In this document: positions 24,612 through 37,530 of the stretch, one piece after another
Layout of the letters: each line of letters begins with the position of its first letter
How positions within the stretch are numbered: the first letter of the stretch is position 1
DNA from: Octopus bimaculoides
Lineage: Eukaryota
Direction: 5' to 3'
NCBI RefSeq assembly: GCF_001194135.2
Contig: NC_068984.1
Location: 128,908,601 to 128,972,225 of the forward strand
DNA: 63,625 bases
Made by a program: the position numbers and the translations under genes
The notes under the pieces: model-generated
The model's database searches: none
What the model saw: the letters and a program-made list of their open reading frames with translations, nothing else
What the model was told of the DNA's origin: nothing

Positions 24612-24965
24612 ATAAGGAATATGAGGGGTTTAGTTGACTGATGATCTAAACCAATAGGTACGCTACATAAGTGCTATAATTGGTCATCCGTTAGGTTCCA
24701 AGCTCACAGCTGAGGGTAGAGCTAGGGATCCGTAGTAGGCTTCCGAGTCAGCAGGTATATATTAAAGGAAAATGGACATCAAAACAAAGCAGGACGAGTA
24801 TCTCAGGTCATTTAGATTATTCAATTAGAGTAAGGTGAATAAAAAAATGGAAAAGTAGAAGTAATGAATATCTTACATCTGTTTCTGTATTCCGTCATCA
24901 GAATCAAGGGGTGTATGTAGGAAAGTTCCAGACGGAGAATTCACAACGTATAAGAGAATAAAGCA
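24612..24965 (-). mobile_element. Penelope pLTR-like element with degenerate hammerhead, abutting (TA)n
   Basis: Contains CUGAUGA-C-GGAAUACA-GAAA-CAGAUGUA on the minus strand and lies between (TA)n and (CATA)n. Confidence 0.5.
24870..24905 (-). ncRNA. Degenerate minimal hammerhead ribozyme
   Basis: Core CUGAUGA (24901-24895) and GAAA (24885-24882) are intact and stem III is ACA-GA-UGU. Stem II has a G10.1-A11.1 mismatch and helix I is weak. Confidence 0.45.
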
Positions 24966-24992
24966 GTACATACATACATACATACATACATG

Positions 24993-25024
<32 letters not shown>

Positions 25025-25035
25025 CATACATACAT

Positions 25036-25240
25036 GTGACCACGTGTGCATCGTTGGCGATTTTCTTTATCTGTCTTCCCTTATTTGGACTTTTCCTATA
25101 TTTCTGACGAAGAGCTCCGCTCGAAACGTTAAATCCTCTTTCTTTTCTTTCCTTTCCTGAGCGACCAATAACACTACTTATTCCACGCCCTCGCGTTGTT
25201 GTTTTTTCGTGTTTTTCTTGCTTGTTTATGTCTGAATCGA
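25036..25240 (+). mobile_element. Penelope pLTR-like solo element with hammerhead
   Basis: Pyrimidine-rich ~200-bp unit between (CATA)n and (TA)n carrying a minimal HHR. Confidence 0.65.
25100..25134 (+). ncRNA. Minimal type I hammerhead ribozyme, intact core (dimer type)
   Basis: AUUU-CUGACGA-A-GAGC UCC GCUC-GAAA-CGUU-AAAU: 4-bp helix I, 4-bp stem II, palindromic ACGU stem III. Confidence 0.8.
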
Positions 25241-25644
25241 CTATATATATATATATNNNNNNNNNNNNNNNNNNNNNNNNNNNNNNNNNNNNNNNNNNNN
25301 NNNNNNNNNNNNNNNNNNNNNNNNNNNNNNNNNNNNNNNNNNNNNNNNNNNNNNNNNNNNNNNNNNNNNNNNNNNNNNNNNNNNNNNNNNNNNNNNNNNN
25401 NNNNNNNNNNNNNNNNNNNNNNNNNNNNNNNNNNNNNNNNNNNNNNNNNNNNNNNNNNNNNNNNNNNNNNNNNNNNNNNNNNNNNNNNNNNNNNNNNNNN
25501 NNNNNNNNNNNNNNNNNNNNNNNNNNNNNNNNNNNNNNNNNNNNNNNNNNNNNNNNNNNNNNNNNNNNNNNNNNNNNNNNTATATATATATATATATATA
25601 TATATTTATACATACATGCATGCATACATGCATACATACATACA

Positions 25645-25790
25645 TACGAGCTTCTTTCAGTTTCCGTCTACGAAATCCACTCACAAGGCTCGCTCGATCC
25701 GTGGCTATACCAGAAGACATTTTCCGAAGGTACCATGCTGTAGGACTGAACCTGGAACCATGTGGCTTGGAAGCACTATGTGCATTATGC
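25645..25790 (-). mobile_element. Family B SINE 5' part
   Basis: cttctttcagtttccgtctacgaaatccactcacaaggc...ggactgaacctggaaccatgtgg matches the family B head. Confidence 0.75.
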
Positions 25791-28483
25791 CACTATAACC
25801 TTGTGGTAAAGTTTGAAACGTTCTAAAATAAATCCATTGATGTTGCTCGCGCATGTCTCCAACTGCGATCACTAACACGAACTGAGGTAAATCTAAAGAT
25901 TTTTATCCACTGCTGCTCAATCCATGAGAACAAAAATATGCTAGAACCAATCTGTAGGCGTTTCTCCAGCATGGACTTGATCTGAAAGCAAAAATAAACT
26001 GAAGACGTATAGAACGAAAGCATCAGTGCTATTGCTTGCATTAACTTGGCATCATATTTAGAACGTATTTAAAAGACTCATCAATCACAGCAGATGTTTC
26101 TTTATAAACTTAAAAGACAATATGATTTCGTAATAGCAGATATAACAAAGAAGCCATTCAATTCATTCACTAAGAAAACTTCTTCCGCCATTCAACTATA
26201 GTCTCTTCTCTTATGAGGTGGATCTTTGTCACAGTGGCTCATCAATTATGTTAGATGTCTTTAAAAACAGTCAATTATTTTCTAATAATAAACATGAAAT
26301 ACAGTAGATTCAATTTGTTCAGTAACAAAATTTCTCGTAGTAAAGATGAATTTTTCTTTTTACTCTAGACATATTCCCATACTTCAAGCTGCAACACAAA
26401 AAGATGGTAATCTCAGGTACTTGGTATTTTATCAGCTTATCTGTATCCATTTTTAAACAAGTTGGTTGCAATTTCAATGACTTTGATCAGTGTTGCTTCA
26501 CAAAATGATGAATAAAATATTTCTTTGGTTGATTACTATTTTAATCTGTCGTATTTTTGTTGTAGTTGTTATTTTTTTTTTCAGACAGTGAACATATTAC
26601 TAAATGCGTCATTTCTTTTGTAAGACTGTGTAGTGCAATTTGAGGGAGATTTAGTTGCTTTTCCTAGCAGGTCAAGCTAATAACCTGACATTTTTAATAT
26701 TATTCAGATAACAAACAATTAACATGAGTGCTTTCAATTGTTATCGTATAGATTCCACTTTAAAATATCACAGTTTTGTGTTATTATAGCGAATTGTTGC
26801 AATTCGAGACACATTTTCTTTTCCACTGATAAAGGCAGATAAATACCCCGTACTCTGAGAGACTTCCCTTCTTATTTAGCGCGATGATTTACTCTTTAGA
26901 TATTCGGTAAGATATGCATAAATATGTAACTGTCAAACACATTAATATCGAATGTGTTAATGTTGAATTTCCTCAAATCTTTATCAGACATGCAGGAGCC
27001 GTAGTAAGCAGCACAACAATGCATAGCAACGCGCAACAAGCAACAAATCGTAGAAACACACTACAAGCGTAATATTCAATTTTTGTTGAGCAAATTATTT
27101 CCTTTTTCTCGTGTGTATAACTAGTAATTTTTTAAATACTAAATATTTTCCCGTCGATATTGACGATTATCTGTGTGGAGGTTAAGTACAAAGATACATC
27201 TCCGTGTGGATGTAAACGCACAACTTATTTTGTTTTGTTCATAAGTTTTGCTCATTATATCAGCAGTTATAAATACAGAAAACTTTTGGAAAACTGTTGA
27301 TAACTGCTGGACTAACACCGTCTGTTTCAGGATAGAAGAAGTGCTTATGTGATCGCTCGTCATATAGAAATAGAAGTTAAATCTTCATTGAATCACATTC
27401 AACTGTCTTACAAAGTAACTGTGGTATAAGAAATGTATACTTTGCCCAAGAAGGACGATTGAAATCTCTTTTGATTCTGGATTATGGTGTTAAACAGCAC
27501 CATTCCTTTATGCTCGTTGATGAAATTATTAGATTACACCAATGCATTTTTCCCCGAAAGGGAAATCATGAACACTAATGTTTAGGAATTAGCTGTGCGT
27601 TGGTAAAATTATTAGATTTCTCAACGGGAAAATATCAGTATTCACAAAATTACTTAGTTATACCAACGAGAAAAAGAAAAGGAGAAATGTAATTTAATCA
27701 TCAAAAGTACAAATGTTAAACACTTGGCATGTTTCGCGTTATTACATCATATTACAACGAGCAGACAGGCAGAATATTCATACTTATAGAATGTCATTGC
27801 TGGGTGATGTACCCATAATTCTTCAGTTCATTGTAGCGGAAGACAAAATGGTTGCCACTGCTTCTGCTATTCGGAAAGAAAACATTTTGTAGCTAGATGA
27901 TTTCCATATATAATACTGTAGCTGTTCAGGGTAAATGGGAAAACTTTCACTTCACTGAAATCAGTTTTGATAGTTGATCATACGAGCACTTAACCAAGAA
28001 TTTCCTAATAGAAAGAGCAGCATTCGAAAAACGCTTATTTACTACTTGCTAAATAATGGCTTCTTTCTATGGTAGTATTCACAGGAATAGGGGTAGCACT
28101 AATATAAACAGACAAGGAATAAAAATCAAAGCATAGACGAACGTAAAATAAACATTTCTTTTTTTAGGGACGATAAATAAGAGAAAAAGGACATCACCCA
28201 ACTTACAGAAAATATAGATATGATTATAGAAGTGGTTGCAGTGTCTTTTTTTTTTTTTTTGTGAAATAGTTTCATAGAAAATGAATCACAATTTATAACA
28301 CGGAAGTCGATAAGAAAACAGGTATTTCATAACAGAATTCTGACATTACGGCAAAACCTTCATGAATCCAATCTTTATGTGAGCATAAACGTTTCATATA
28401 AAGAAAAAAATTGCTCACTGAAGCTAATAAAGAGAAGATATATTATTACTGTCATCATCATCGATGGCGCCAACATCAACATT

Positions 28484-28509
<26 letters not shown>

Positions 28510-28515
<6 letters not shown>

Positions 28516-29055
28516 TGAGTGAGAGAGCAACGCTTGTCATCAAAGTAATACTGGGGTAAAATATACGAAGCCCAATATAACCATCATCACTACTCGTCTG
28601 ATAAGGGTACACCAGGCACATGCATCACAGCCATATGTAGTACTAAGTGGATATATCACCATAAACAGCGCATGACCTTGCAGGTGGAACCGAGTTAGAA
28701 TTTTCTTCAGGTCGAGTAGCCTATCTTACTCAAAAAGTCACTGGATAAGGTTTGTTTCAGAATGTTGAATGAAACATCCATGCTTCCAGAAGTGAATTAT
28801 TCAAATCCCAAAGAATTTCTCTTAACACATGGTTATGATGCTCCCCCACTACTTCTGCTCATGATCAGAGATGCACATATCGTCAGCCACCAAGGGACAT
28901 GCTCAACAGGTTAAGGTCAAACAACTGACAAGCAATTCTGTGGTACTGAGCAGAATATTTGCTGCAGCCCATCTATTATACCATGATAAAACAATGTACA
29001 TGATAACACTCCCAATCAGTTAAGATCAGAAGCCATGAAAACCAATGCCTGCATT
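28510..29055 (-). mobile_element. Non-coding element between (TAA)n and (TGA)n, probable Dong-related 3' UTR or non-autonomous derivative
   Basis: Minus strand ends ...ctctctcactcaatgatgatg. The same terminus (tcactcaataataat) occurs at 49363-49392 beside the Dong ORF fragment. Confidence 0.5.
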
Positions 29056-29083
29056 ATTATTATTGTTGTTGTTGTTGTTATTA

Positions 29084-29142
<59 letters not shown>

Positions 29143-29155
29143 ATTATTATCATTA

Positions 29156-29355
29156 GGCGAGCTGGCAGAATAGTTAGCACGTCGAGCAAAATGCTTCGCG
29201 TCTTTACGTTCTGAGTTCAAATTTCACCGGGACTCACTTTGCCTTTCATCATTTCGGAGGCGATAAAATAAGTACCAGCTGAGTACTTGGGGTTTATGCA
29301 TTCGACTTAATCCCGCCTCCAAAATTCAGGTCTTGTGCCTATTGCAGAAAGGTTT
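29156..29355 (+). mobile_element. Family A SINE (short-tail type)
   Basis: ggcgagctggcagaatag...aagtaccag...caggtcttgtgcct. Confidence 0.85.
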
Positions 29356-29929
29356 ATTATTTTTATGTTTTTTTTTTCTTCTTTCTTCAAATTTTCTTCC
29401 ATTTCTCGCCGAGTGTTTTCCGTACACCTAGGGCAGAGACACTCATTGTATGCATTCCCAGTTTACACACACAAATTCACAGGTAAAATATGTATGCAAA
29501 AAAATTAATAATTAAATAAATTCATGAATGGATGTTGTTTTCAGAGCGATAATGCTCTTCTCAGTACGAGTCGTTCCAGTTAACACGATTTTTTGCACTT
29601 CCTGTAGGGATGGTAAGCCTGATATCATTTTCAAATAGGTTTTAGTACCTTTTTTTTATCATTCCTAGAGATCCTACAATCACTGATATGGCAGTCGCCT
29701 TGAGGTGCCACATTTTTTCAGTTTCTATTAGCAAGTCTTTATATTTACTGATCTTGTCAAATTCTTTCGCCGCTATATTATGATCGCAGGGAATACTCAT
29801 GTCAGTTAATAAACACATCTTCTTTGTCTGATCTTTTATAATAATATCCGGTTTATTAGCTGACCCCCACCTCTCAAAATTGCTAACCTTGGGCCTATAT
29901 CAGAAACCATTCTTATAATTGGTTGTAAG

Positions 29930-30355
29930 GCGGCGAGTTAGGGGAATCGTTTGCAAAGAAAACGCTTAGCGGTATTTTGTGTCTCTTTGTTCTAAGTTCA
30001 CATTCAACCGAGGCCGACTTTGTCTTTCATCCTTCGGAGTCGATAAAATAAGTACCAGTTATGTACTGGAGTCGATGTAATCGACTAGCACCATCCACCA
30101 AATTTTCAGGCCTTGCATTTATAGTAGAGAAAAAATTATTATTATTATGATTTGTGATGGTTTAGCACGCCGGGCGAAATGCTTAGCGGTATTTCGCCTG
30201 TCTTTACGTTCTGAGTTCAAATTCGGCCGAGGTCGACTTTGCCTTTCTTCCTTTCGGGGGTCGGTAAATTAAGTACCAGTGAAACACTGGGGTCAATCTA
30301 ATCGACTTATCCCCTCCCACTGAAATTTCAGGATTTGTGCTTCTGGCAGAAAGTA
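29930..30355 (+). mobile_element. Two family A SINEs (29930-30135 and 30163-30355)
   Basis: Conserved core gccgaggtcgactttgccttt...ggggtcggtaaattaagtaccag. Confidence 0.85.
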
Positions 30356-30374
30356 ACGTATTATTATTGATAAT

Positions 30375-30387
30375 TGTTGTTGTTGTT

Positions 30388-30475
<88 letters not shown>

Positions 30476-30540
30476 TAGTAGTAGTAACAGCAGCAGCAGC
30501 AGCAACAGCGGCGGTAGTAGTAGTAGGAGGAGGAGGAGGA
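30375..30540 (+). repeat. Compound (GTT)-(GTA)n-(GCA)n-(GGA) microsatellite
   Basis: Direct reading. Confidence 0.93.
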
Positions 30541-32260
30541 GAAGAATAGTAACAGCAGTAGCGATGTTGGTAATCGAGAAGCTATATATTTCCAGCAGCA
30601 ATATTAATAGAAATTTAAACAAAAAAAACAAACAAAAAAAGGCAACAACAGCTGCAGAGTCAGTACTAATATCACTAATATCGAGAACAGCAATTCTTAA
30701 AGGAATACTTGCAGCCGAAATAGCAATAACAGCAGCAGCAGTTAAGACAAAAGAAACTAAACCAAAACAACACCATCAACATTAAAAAAGTAAGAGTAAC
30801 AAGAACGGTAATAGTATTAGCATCGATAACAATTTAGGTTTAAAAAAAGGAAATAATAAATAAATAGCAGATACAATAGCATGAGTAATATTGGGATCAC
30901 AAATAAGGTCAGTTGTAACAACAGCAACAACATCAACAATATCAACATTCCAAATCTTGTAAGGTATTCTAATTTTCTCACGTAAATTTTAATAAAGTGT
31001 GGCAATATTTGCTATTTTTTTGGCAGATGACCATATTAAAAAAAATTCCACTAATTGGAATAAAACAGCAGAAAAAAAATAATAATCAACGAAGTNNNNN
31101 NNNNNNNNNNNNNNNNNNNNNNNNNNNNNNNNNNNNNNNNNNNNNNNNNNNNNNNNNNNNNNNNNNNNNNNNNNNNNNNNNNNNNNNNNNNNNNNNNNNN
31201 NNNNNNNNNNNNNNNNNNNNNNNNNNNNNNNNNNNNNNNNNNNNNNNNNNNNNNNNNNNNNNNNNNNNNNNNNNNNNNNNNNNNNNNNNNNNNNNNNNNN
31301 NNNNNNNNNNNNNNNNNNNNNNNNNNNNNNNNNNNNNNNNNNNNNNNNNNNNNNNNNNNNNNNNNNNNNNNNNNNNNNNNNNNNNNNNNNNNNNNNNNNN
31401 NNNNNNNNNNNNNNNNNNNNNNNNNNNNNNNNNNNNNNNNNNNNNNNNNNNNNNNNNNNNNNNNNNNNNNNNNNNNNNNNNNNNNNNNNNNNNNNNNNNN
31501 NNNNNNNNNNNNNNNNNNNNNNNNNNNNNNNNNNNNNNNNNNNNNNNNNNNNNNNNNNNNNNNNNNNNNNNNNNNNNNNNNNNNNNNNNNNNNNNNNNNN
31601 NNNNNNNNNNNNNNNNNNNNNNNNNNNNNNNNNNNNNNNNNNNNNNNNNNNNNNNNNNNNNNNNNNNNNNNNNNNNNNNNNNNNNNNNNNNNNNNNNNNN
31701 NNNNNNNNNNNATATATGGCTGGTACAGCACAGAGAAGACATTTCCATACACATCCCTGACCGCTTCTATCTAAAACATCTTTATATATTACTTTTCATT
31801 TATTTGTTTTACATTCGATTTTCGTAATTGGTTTCACTGAAAGATATTCATTTCTTTTTTCTTTTTTGTAAACGCAGCCAACAATAGAATTTTACAATAG
31901 GTAGCAAAAGATAATTCGCACTGTTTAAGGGTAAGCTGTTATGTTGTTTGATAATTTAATATTCCTGACATGATGAGAACTTCTAACGTTTCCAAAATTA
32001 TTTTGGCTAGTTTACAGGTCTCAGCATATTTTTAAAATAAGAAATTGCAATTTTGTTACATAAATATCTGCAATTTTCCAATACAACATTGCCAGTAAAC
32101 CAGAAGTATTTATCGCTGACTGAAGGCTATGCCATAGCATTTGAAGTAAGCATACATTGCATACTTTGAGATGTTTCATAGTACAATGGAATAAAATATT
32201 GGAACCGGTTGAAGGGTAGAACTGCTGGTATGGCTGCAAATAGAGAAGGTAAAGAGAAAA

Positions 32261-32491
32261 GCGGCGAGCTTGGCAGAATCGTTAGCACACCGGGCGAAAT
32301 GCTTAGCGGTATTTCGTCTACCGCTACGTTCTGAGTTCAAATTCCGCCGAGGTCGACTTTGCCTTTCATCCTTTCGGAGTCGATAAATTAAGTACCAGTT
32401 ACGCACTGGGGTCGATGTAATCGACTTAATCCCTTTGTCTGTCCTTGTTTGTCCCCTCTGTGTTTAGCCCCTTGTGGGCAATAAAGAAACA
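32261..32491 (+). mobile_element. Family A SINE, young, long-tail type
   Basis: Full head and core, tail gacttaatccctttgtctgtcc...gtgggcaataaagaaac, and 14-bp TSD agagaaggtaaaga at 32242-32255 / 32492-32505. Confidence 0.92.
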
Positions 32492-32654
32492 AGAGAAGGT
32501 AAAGATCTAGTTAATAGTGTGCCGCAATAACCAACAAGGGAGTTGTTCAGTGGTTCGTGTTTCCTTCCACTCAGAATTGGAAAGCAAGAATGATAAAATA
32601 CAAATTCAGTATCTCATGTAAGTGCATTATCAATAATACTAAAAGTCGATGAAG

Positions 32655-32825
32655 GTGGCGAGTGTGCAAAATAATTGGCACGCCGGACAAAATGCTTAGC
32701 AGTATTTCGACCATCTTTAGGTTCTGAGTTCGAGTTTCGTCGAGGTCGACTTTGCCTTTCATCCTTTCAAAATCGATAAAAGAAGTACCGGTTACGTACT
32801 GGGTCGACGTAATCGATTTGCCCAT
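32655..32825 (+). mobile_element. Family A SINE
   Basis: Head and core homologous to 32261-32491. Confidence 0.8.
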
Positions 32826-32959
32826 TTAACCCACATTACTGGAAGCTTGTGGTTGGGAAGCAAGCTAATTACCACACAGTTACGCCTGCAATGGCAAATG
32901 CAAATAAACCAAAATTTACACAGATATACTTAGTGCTCTCATAGGTAATTTTATCCGTA

Positions 32960-33250
32960 CATCATCCTGCGAAGCCCCTGGACACATCATCAATGATGTT
33001 TCCTGAGGTCATTAGGTGTTTCGGGTCTTTCAATAATGGTCACGCTCACCCAGGCGACGCAGTCAGGATTGATCAAGTCCCAGCTTATGTCCACTTAGTA
33101 CTACAACTGAGAGCATTACTCTTTCCTAGGCTCGCACTTCCTGATTCACAGCCACCTTAAGGCAACCTCTACAACCTCCACAACCAGCCTGATGGCCTTT
33201 TGCCAACTGACCCCTGTGATGTCAGCATGTTGTAAGCTCTATATAGGGAA
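32960..33250 (-). mobile_element. HERO-like RLE retrotransposon 3' end
   Basis: SLYRAYNML.ITGVSWQKAIRLVVEVVEVALRWL*IRK, then 3' UTR ...gaaagacccgaaacacc...catcattgatgatgtgtcc. Confidence 0.65.
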
Positions 33251-34270
33251 TGGACTGCAAACTCACCGCATCCCACTTTGATGACTCAATTCTTGTTTGC
33301 GCCTGCCACCCCATTGTTCTTGTTAGAAAAAAATATTATGCAAATGCTAGCTCGTTTCCCGGACTCGCTATCCAGAGCACCCTTTTGGCAATCAACATAA
33401 ATGATTCGAATAAATCATTAATTTCAAATGTACTTCATTTTCTTCAGTGACAGTCGTGATGTGAAAAATTCAACAATTATCTGACCAATTATGTCTAAGC
33501 TCCAGAGGTGATAATTAAGGTTTTACAGGCTAATAATTTTATCTTTCGTGTTTCCAAATTACGCAAATTTTCAATTAGTTCCAACTCTCATCGTCGCCAG
33601 GCGTCATCTACGTGAATATGAACATTGTTCCTGACTGAATTTGAACATGGAATATTCATGTCTAAGCAAGGAATATTGACATCTTTGTCCAAAACCACTG
33701 GGAAATGGAAAAACTAATAACGGTCGGTGATCGAAATGATTGAAATGTGTAAGTGAAACTACAAAATACAAAATATGAAGTTAATAAGAAGGGAAAAACC
33801 AATCAATGTATCCAACTTCCTGAATTCCGCTATAATTGCTTTGCGCTCTAAAGAAATACTGATTACTTGGCTGAAGTCATGATACTATTGATGTAGCTAT
33901 CATTCAGTAAACATTATGGCGAAAATAGGAAGAATAACTGCGCATATCATATTTTATCTTTATCTAAATGAGAAATTTTAGGATGAAAATTAATTGGATT
34001 AACAGTCGAACAAAACCAAGCCTTTATATGGTTTACTAGAAATAGCAGAAAAAATTCCCCGAGACTGCACCTCGCCATGTTAAAAAGGTACGCATTGGAT
34101 AATGTAGTCCTAGTTATGAAATATCTAAAATAAAGATGAGATGGTCATACCTTGAATTTTTTTGACCATTTATCTGCTCTAGCAGAGCTGGCCACAAGTT
34201 AAACAGCACAAGCATCAACAATAGCATAATTTTATCAATAATATATTAAAGATATATAAAGTTACTTCCA

Positions 34271-34654
34271 TGGAGGCGCAATGGCCCAGTGGTTAGGGCA
34301 GCGGGCTCGCGGTCATAGGACCGCGGTTTCGATTCCCAGATCGGGCGTTGTGAGTGTTTATTGAGCGAAAATACCTAAAGCTCCACGAGGTTCCGGCAGG
34401 GGATGGTCGCGAACCCTGCTGTACTCTGTCACCACAACTTTCTCTCACTCTTACTTCCTGTTTCTGTTGTGCCTGTAATTCAAAGGGTCAGCCTTGTCAC
34501 ACTGTGTCACGCTGAATATCTCTGAGAACTACGTTAAGGGTACACGTGTCTGTGGAGTGCTCAGCCACTTGCACGTTAATTTCACGAGCAGGCTGTTCTG
34601 TTGATCGGATCAACTGGAACCCTCGACGTTGTAAGCGATGGAGTGCCAACAACA
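34271..34654 (+). mobile_element. tRNA-derived SINE family C, full length
   Basis: A box TGGCCCAGTGG, B box GGTTTCGATTCC, tail ...gagtgccaacaacaa, and 12-bp TSD aaagttacttcc at 34258-34269 / 34655-34666. Confidence 0.93.
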
Positions 34655-35343
34655 AAAGTTACTTCCTCTAGATGTATCCGTGCTTGTTTATGTATGTAGT
34701 CAAGTGTAAATTATGGAGTTATATACTGAGGGGAAATGCAAGTAAATCTGCACTAAAATGTTTAACGTTAGTTCAGCAAGTAACTGAACCGTTTTGTTAT
34801 ATAATATGCCATTTATTTAATATTTCTCATCTTGTGAATTGCAGAAACACAGTAAATATTTGACAATCACATAATGTCTGGGTAAGCAAAAGTGGGAGAG
34901 ACAAAAGGGGAAGAGAAAAAGAAGGAAAAGGGATGCAAAAAAGTAAGAGAGGGAGAAAACAAAGGGATAACGCAAAAACAAAAAGGCGGAGAGAAAAAGA
35001 AAGAAATAGAAAAGGAAGAAGGTGAGAGAGGGAGAGAGAGAATGAAAGAGGGAAGAGAGAGAATGAAAGAGGGAAATAAAATAGATAGATAGAAGATATG
35101 ACATCTTTAAACAGCAACTTATGGAAAGTAAACAGGGGGAAAAAAAACCCTATTTATTTTGAAGTATTCTGAAGAGATGTTTATGAATTCAGATTCATAG
35201 TTTTGCTTGCTTCTCTTTTATAATTTACTTCTTTTTAATTAAAAATGTTCTTATTTTCAACAATGTTAGTTTTATAAGATCGCAAAATGTTTTTAATGTT
35301 GGCGTTGAGTGATGGAAATGGTTCGGTATGAGAGAGCGCGAGA

Positions 35344-35462
<119 letters not shown>

Positions 35463-37470
35463 GAGAGGGAAAAAATGAGAGAGTTAAAGAGAGAGTGGGA
35501 GGGATGTAAATTACGAACTGAACGTGAAGTTGTGACAGATTCACAGATTCCACAATCATTATGATATGAAGGTTGTTTCAATTATCTTGCGCTCATCAAT
35601 TTAAGAATATTTATATGTATGAAATACGCTTGATATTTTTTTATATACATTTTGTGTGTGCCTATGTAATAAAAAGCACCAATGCAAGGAAAGAACTTGT
35701 TAAAACAGGTAGCGAAAGTTATTTATATCGACTAATGATTTGTTAACGTGTAGGCTCTTCTGATGATATATGAAAAGTATAAGAAAAATTGTCAATCTGT
35801 GTGTGTGTGTGTGTATGTGTATGAGCGTGTGTGCGCGAGTGTATGTATGTGTGAGTGAGTGCGTGCGTGTATGAGTGTGTGCGCGTATGCATATTAAAAT
35901 GTGACTAAAGATTCGAAGCATAATGAACTTCGGAAAAATCTGTTAACTCTCATTGCTTAATTACCAACAACATCACTCACAATTTTACTATAATGCCTAC
36001 ACAATCTATTCTAATAAACGACCAGTAAGAAAACCATATATAGTGTAGTTGTCACCCGAGTTTTGCCCGTAATTGTAGGAAGTTGAAGTATTATCTTGTC
36101 CTGAAGAGAAGGGTTAAATTTTGGGATGCAGTCGTAGCTATCTTAAAGATGTATTTTGGGGGGAAAAGTGCTCGATGATAGAAAGGCATAATAGTTAGAG
36201 CGATCGTGACAGCTCTAGGTGTGATGATGTTTTCTTATATTTAATTTAAAATGTCTGAATGAATGACCTCCTTTATTATCTTTCGTGTTATAGTTGGAAA
36301 TTAAAACAACAGTGAAATCTCCATTCACACCATACCACTTTAATATAAAACTGAACACATTAACTAATGTAGTCCTATAAATGACTAAAATGTAGAACTA
36401 CGGTTGAATTTGCTTTCAATAACGAGTTCCTCTATGTATGCCAACCTGAATCTAAACAACAGCTATAACAATTACGGTGATAACAACGACAGCAACTGCT
36501 CGATTGTTGAGTATCAAGTAACTATGCCTATGGGTTACACAGTGACGACAGGAAGAGACGTGTCTAAAAGATAACGACTAAACATTATACAAGATGGATA
36601 TATTTAATAATAGTTGTGATGATAAGCAACTTAATAAATACATCATTCATCGGTAGAAGAATAATGTGGCATAATCTAAATTGCTAGATGAGTAGATGAA
36701 GTATTTAAACAGAGATAGTTGCGAAAGAAATGCATAAAACACTCAAAATTATTATTGTTCATTTTTAAAAAAAATTTCCCCATGAATTGTATAAGCATAT
36801 ATAATTCTCTCAGATGATTTCTTTATAAATCAATGATTGTTTCAGAAGCCATGAAAATACTATAAATATTATATACGTATTTAGTAATTCTAAACTGTAC
36901 TTCTAAAAATACAGTAAAAATCTACAGTCTGCTGGTGAGCTCTGATCGGACCAAAACATGCATGCAGTTGTCTCCCGTAGTTACCGAAATGGTTAAAATG
37001 CAATCAATGATTGAACTACTTTTGTTTTTCTCTTCAATATTTAAGTATTTCTATTTGCACTGGTGGAGTTCAATGCGTTAAGTATTTAGATCTAAACTTA
37101 ATCATTGTTATTCTTGTGAATGGCGTCTCAGAATAATTAATCTTAGTGATTTATTTTTTAATACACTATTTATTTCAACATTCTGACTAATTACTATATC
37201 TTGCTGTTTCCACAGAAAATTTAAATCTTTACTTTAAAACGAATTGTCTTCTAACATATTCAATACCAAAATATATCAATTCTAAATCAACAAAGTCCAA
37301 CATCGTAAACTTTAATTTCATCATTTTGATGAACAAAAGGCATTCTTGTCTATTTATCCATCTTTCTATCTATCAACATATCATTCTCTCGCTCTTTCAC
37401 TCGCTCTTTCACTCGCTCTCTCTCTCTCTTTCTCTTTCTCTTTCCCTCTACTTGCCTCTCTCTCTCTCTT

Positions 37471-37530
<60 letters not shown>

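Noticed and set aside
25823-26041. Minus-strand ORF with a good acceptor (tttatttttgctttcag)
   Set aside because: The peptide is not recognised and the donor is uncertain. Insufficient support for an exon.
27722-27752. Minus-strand UGAUGUAAUAACGCGAAACAUGCC
   Set aside because: Needs a 4-nt insertion and several substitutions to become a hammerhead, and has no helix I.
34271-34345. tRNA-like sequence with A and B boxes
   Set aside because: It is the head of a SINE: no proper acceptor stem, and it continues into the SINE body with TSDs. The same holds for all other tRNA-like heads here.
36050-36210. TGTCAC...GTGACA bounded segment resembling a solo LTR
   Set aside because: No target-site duplication, and only about 160 bp.
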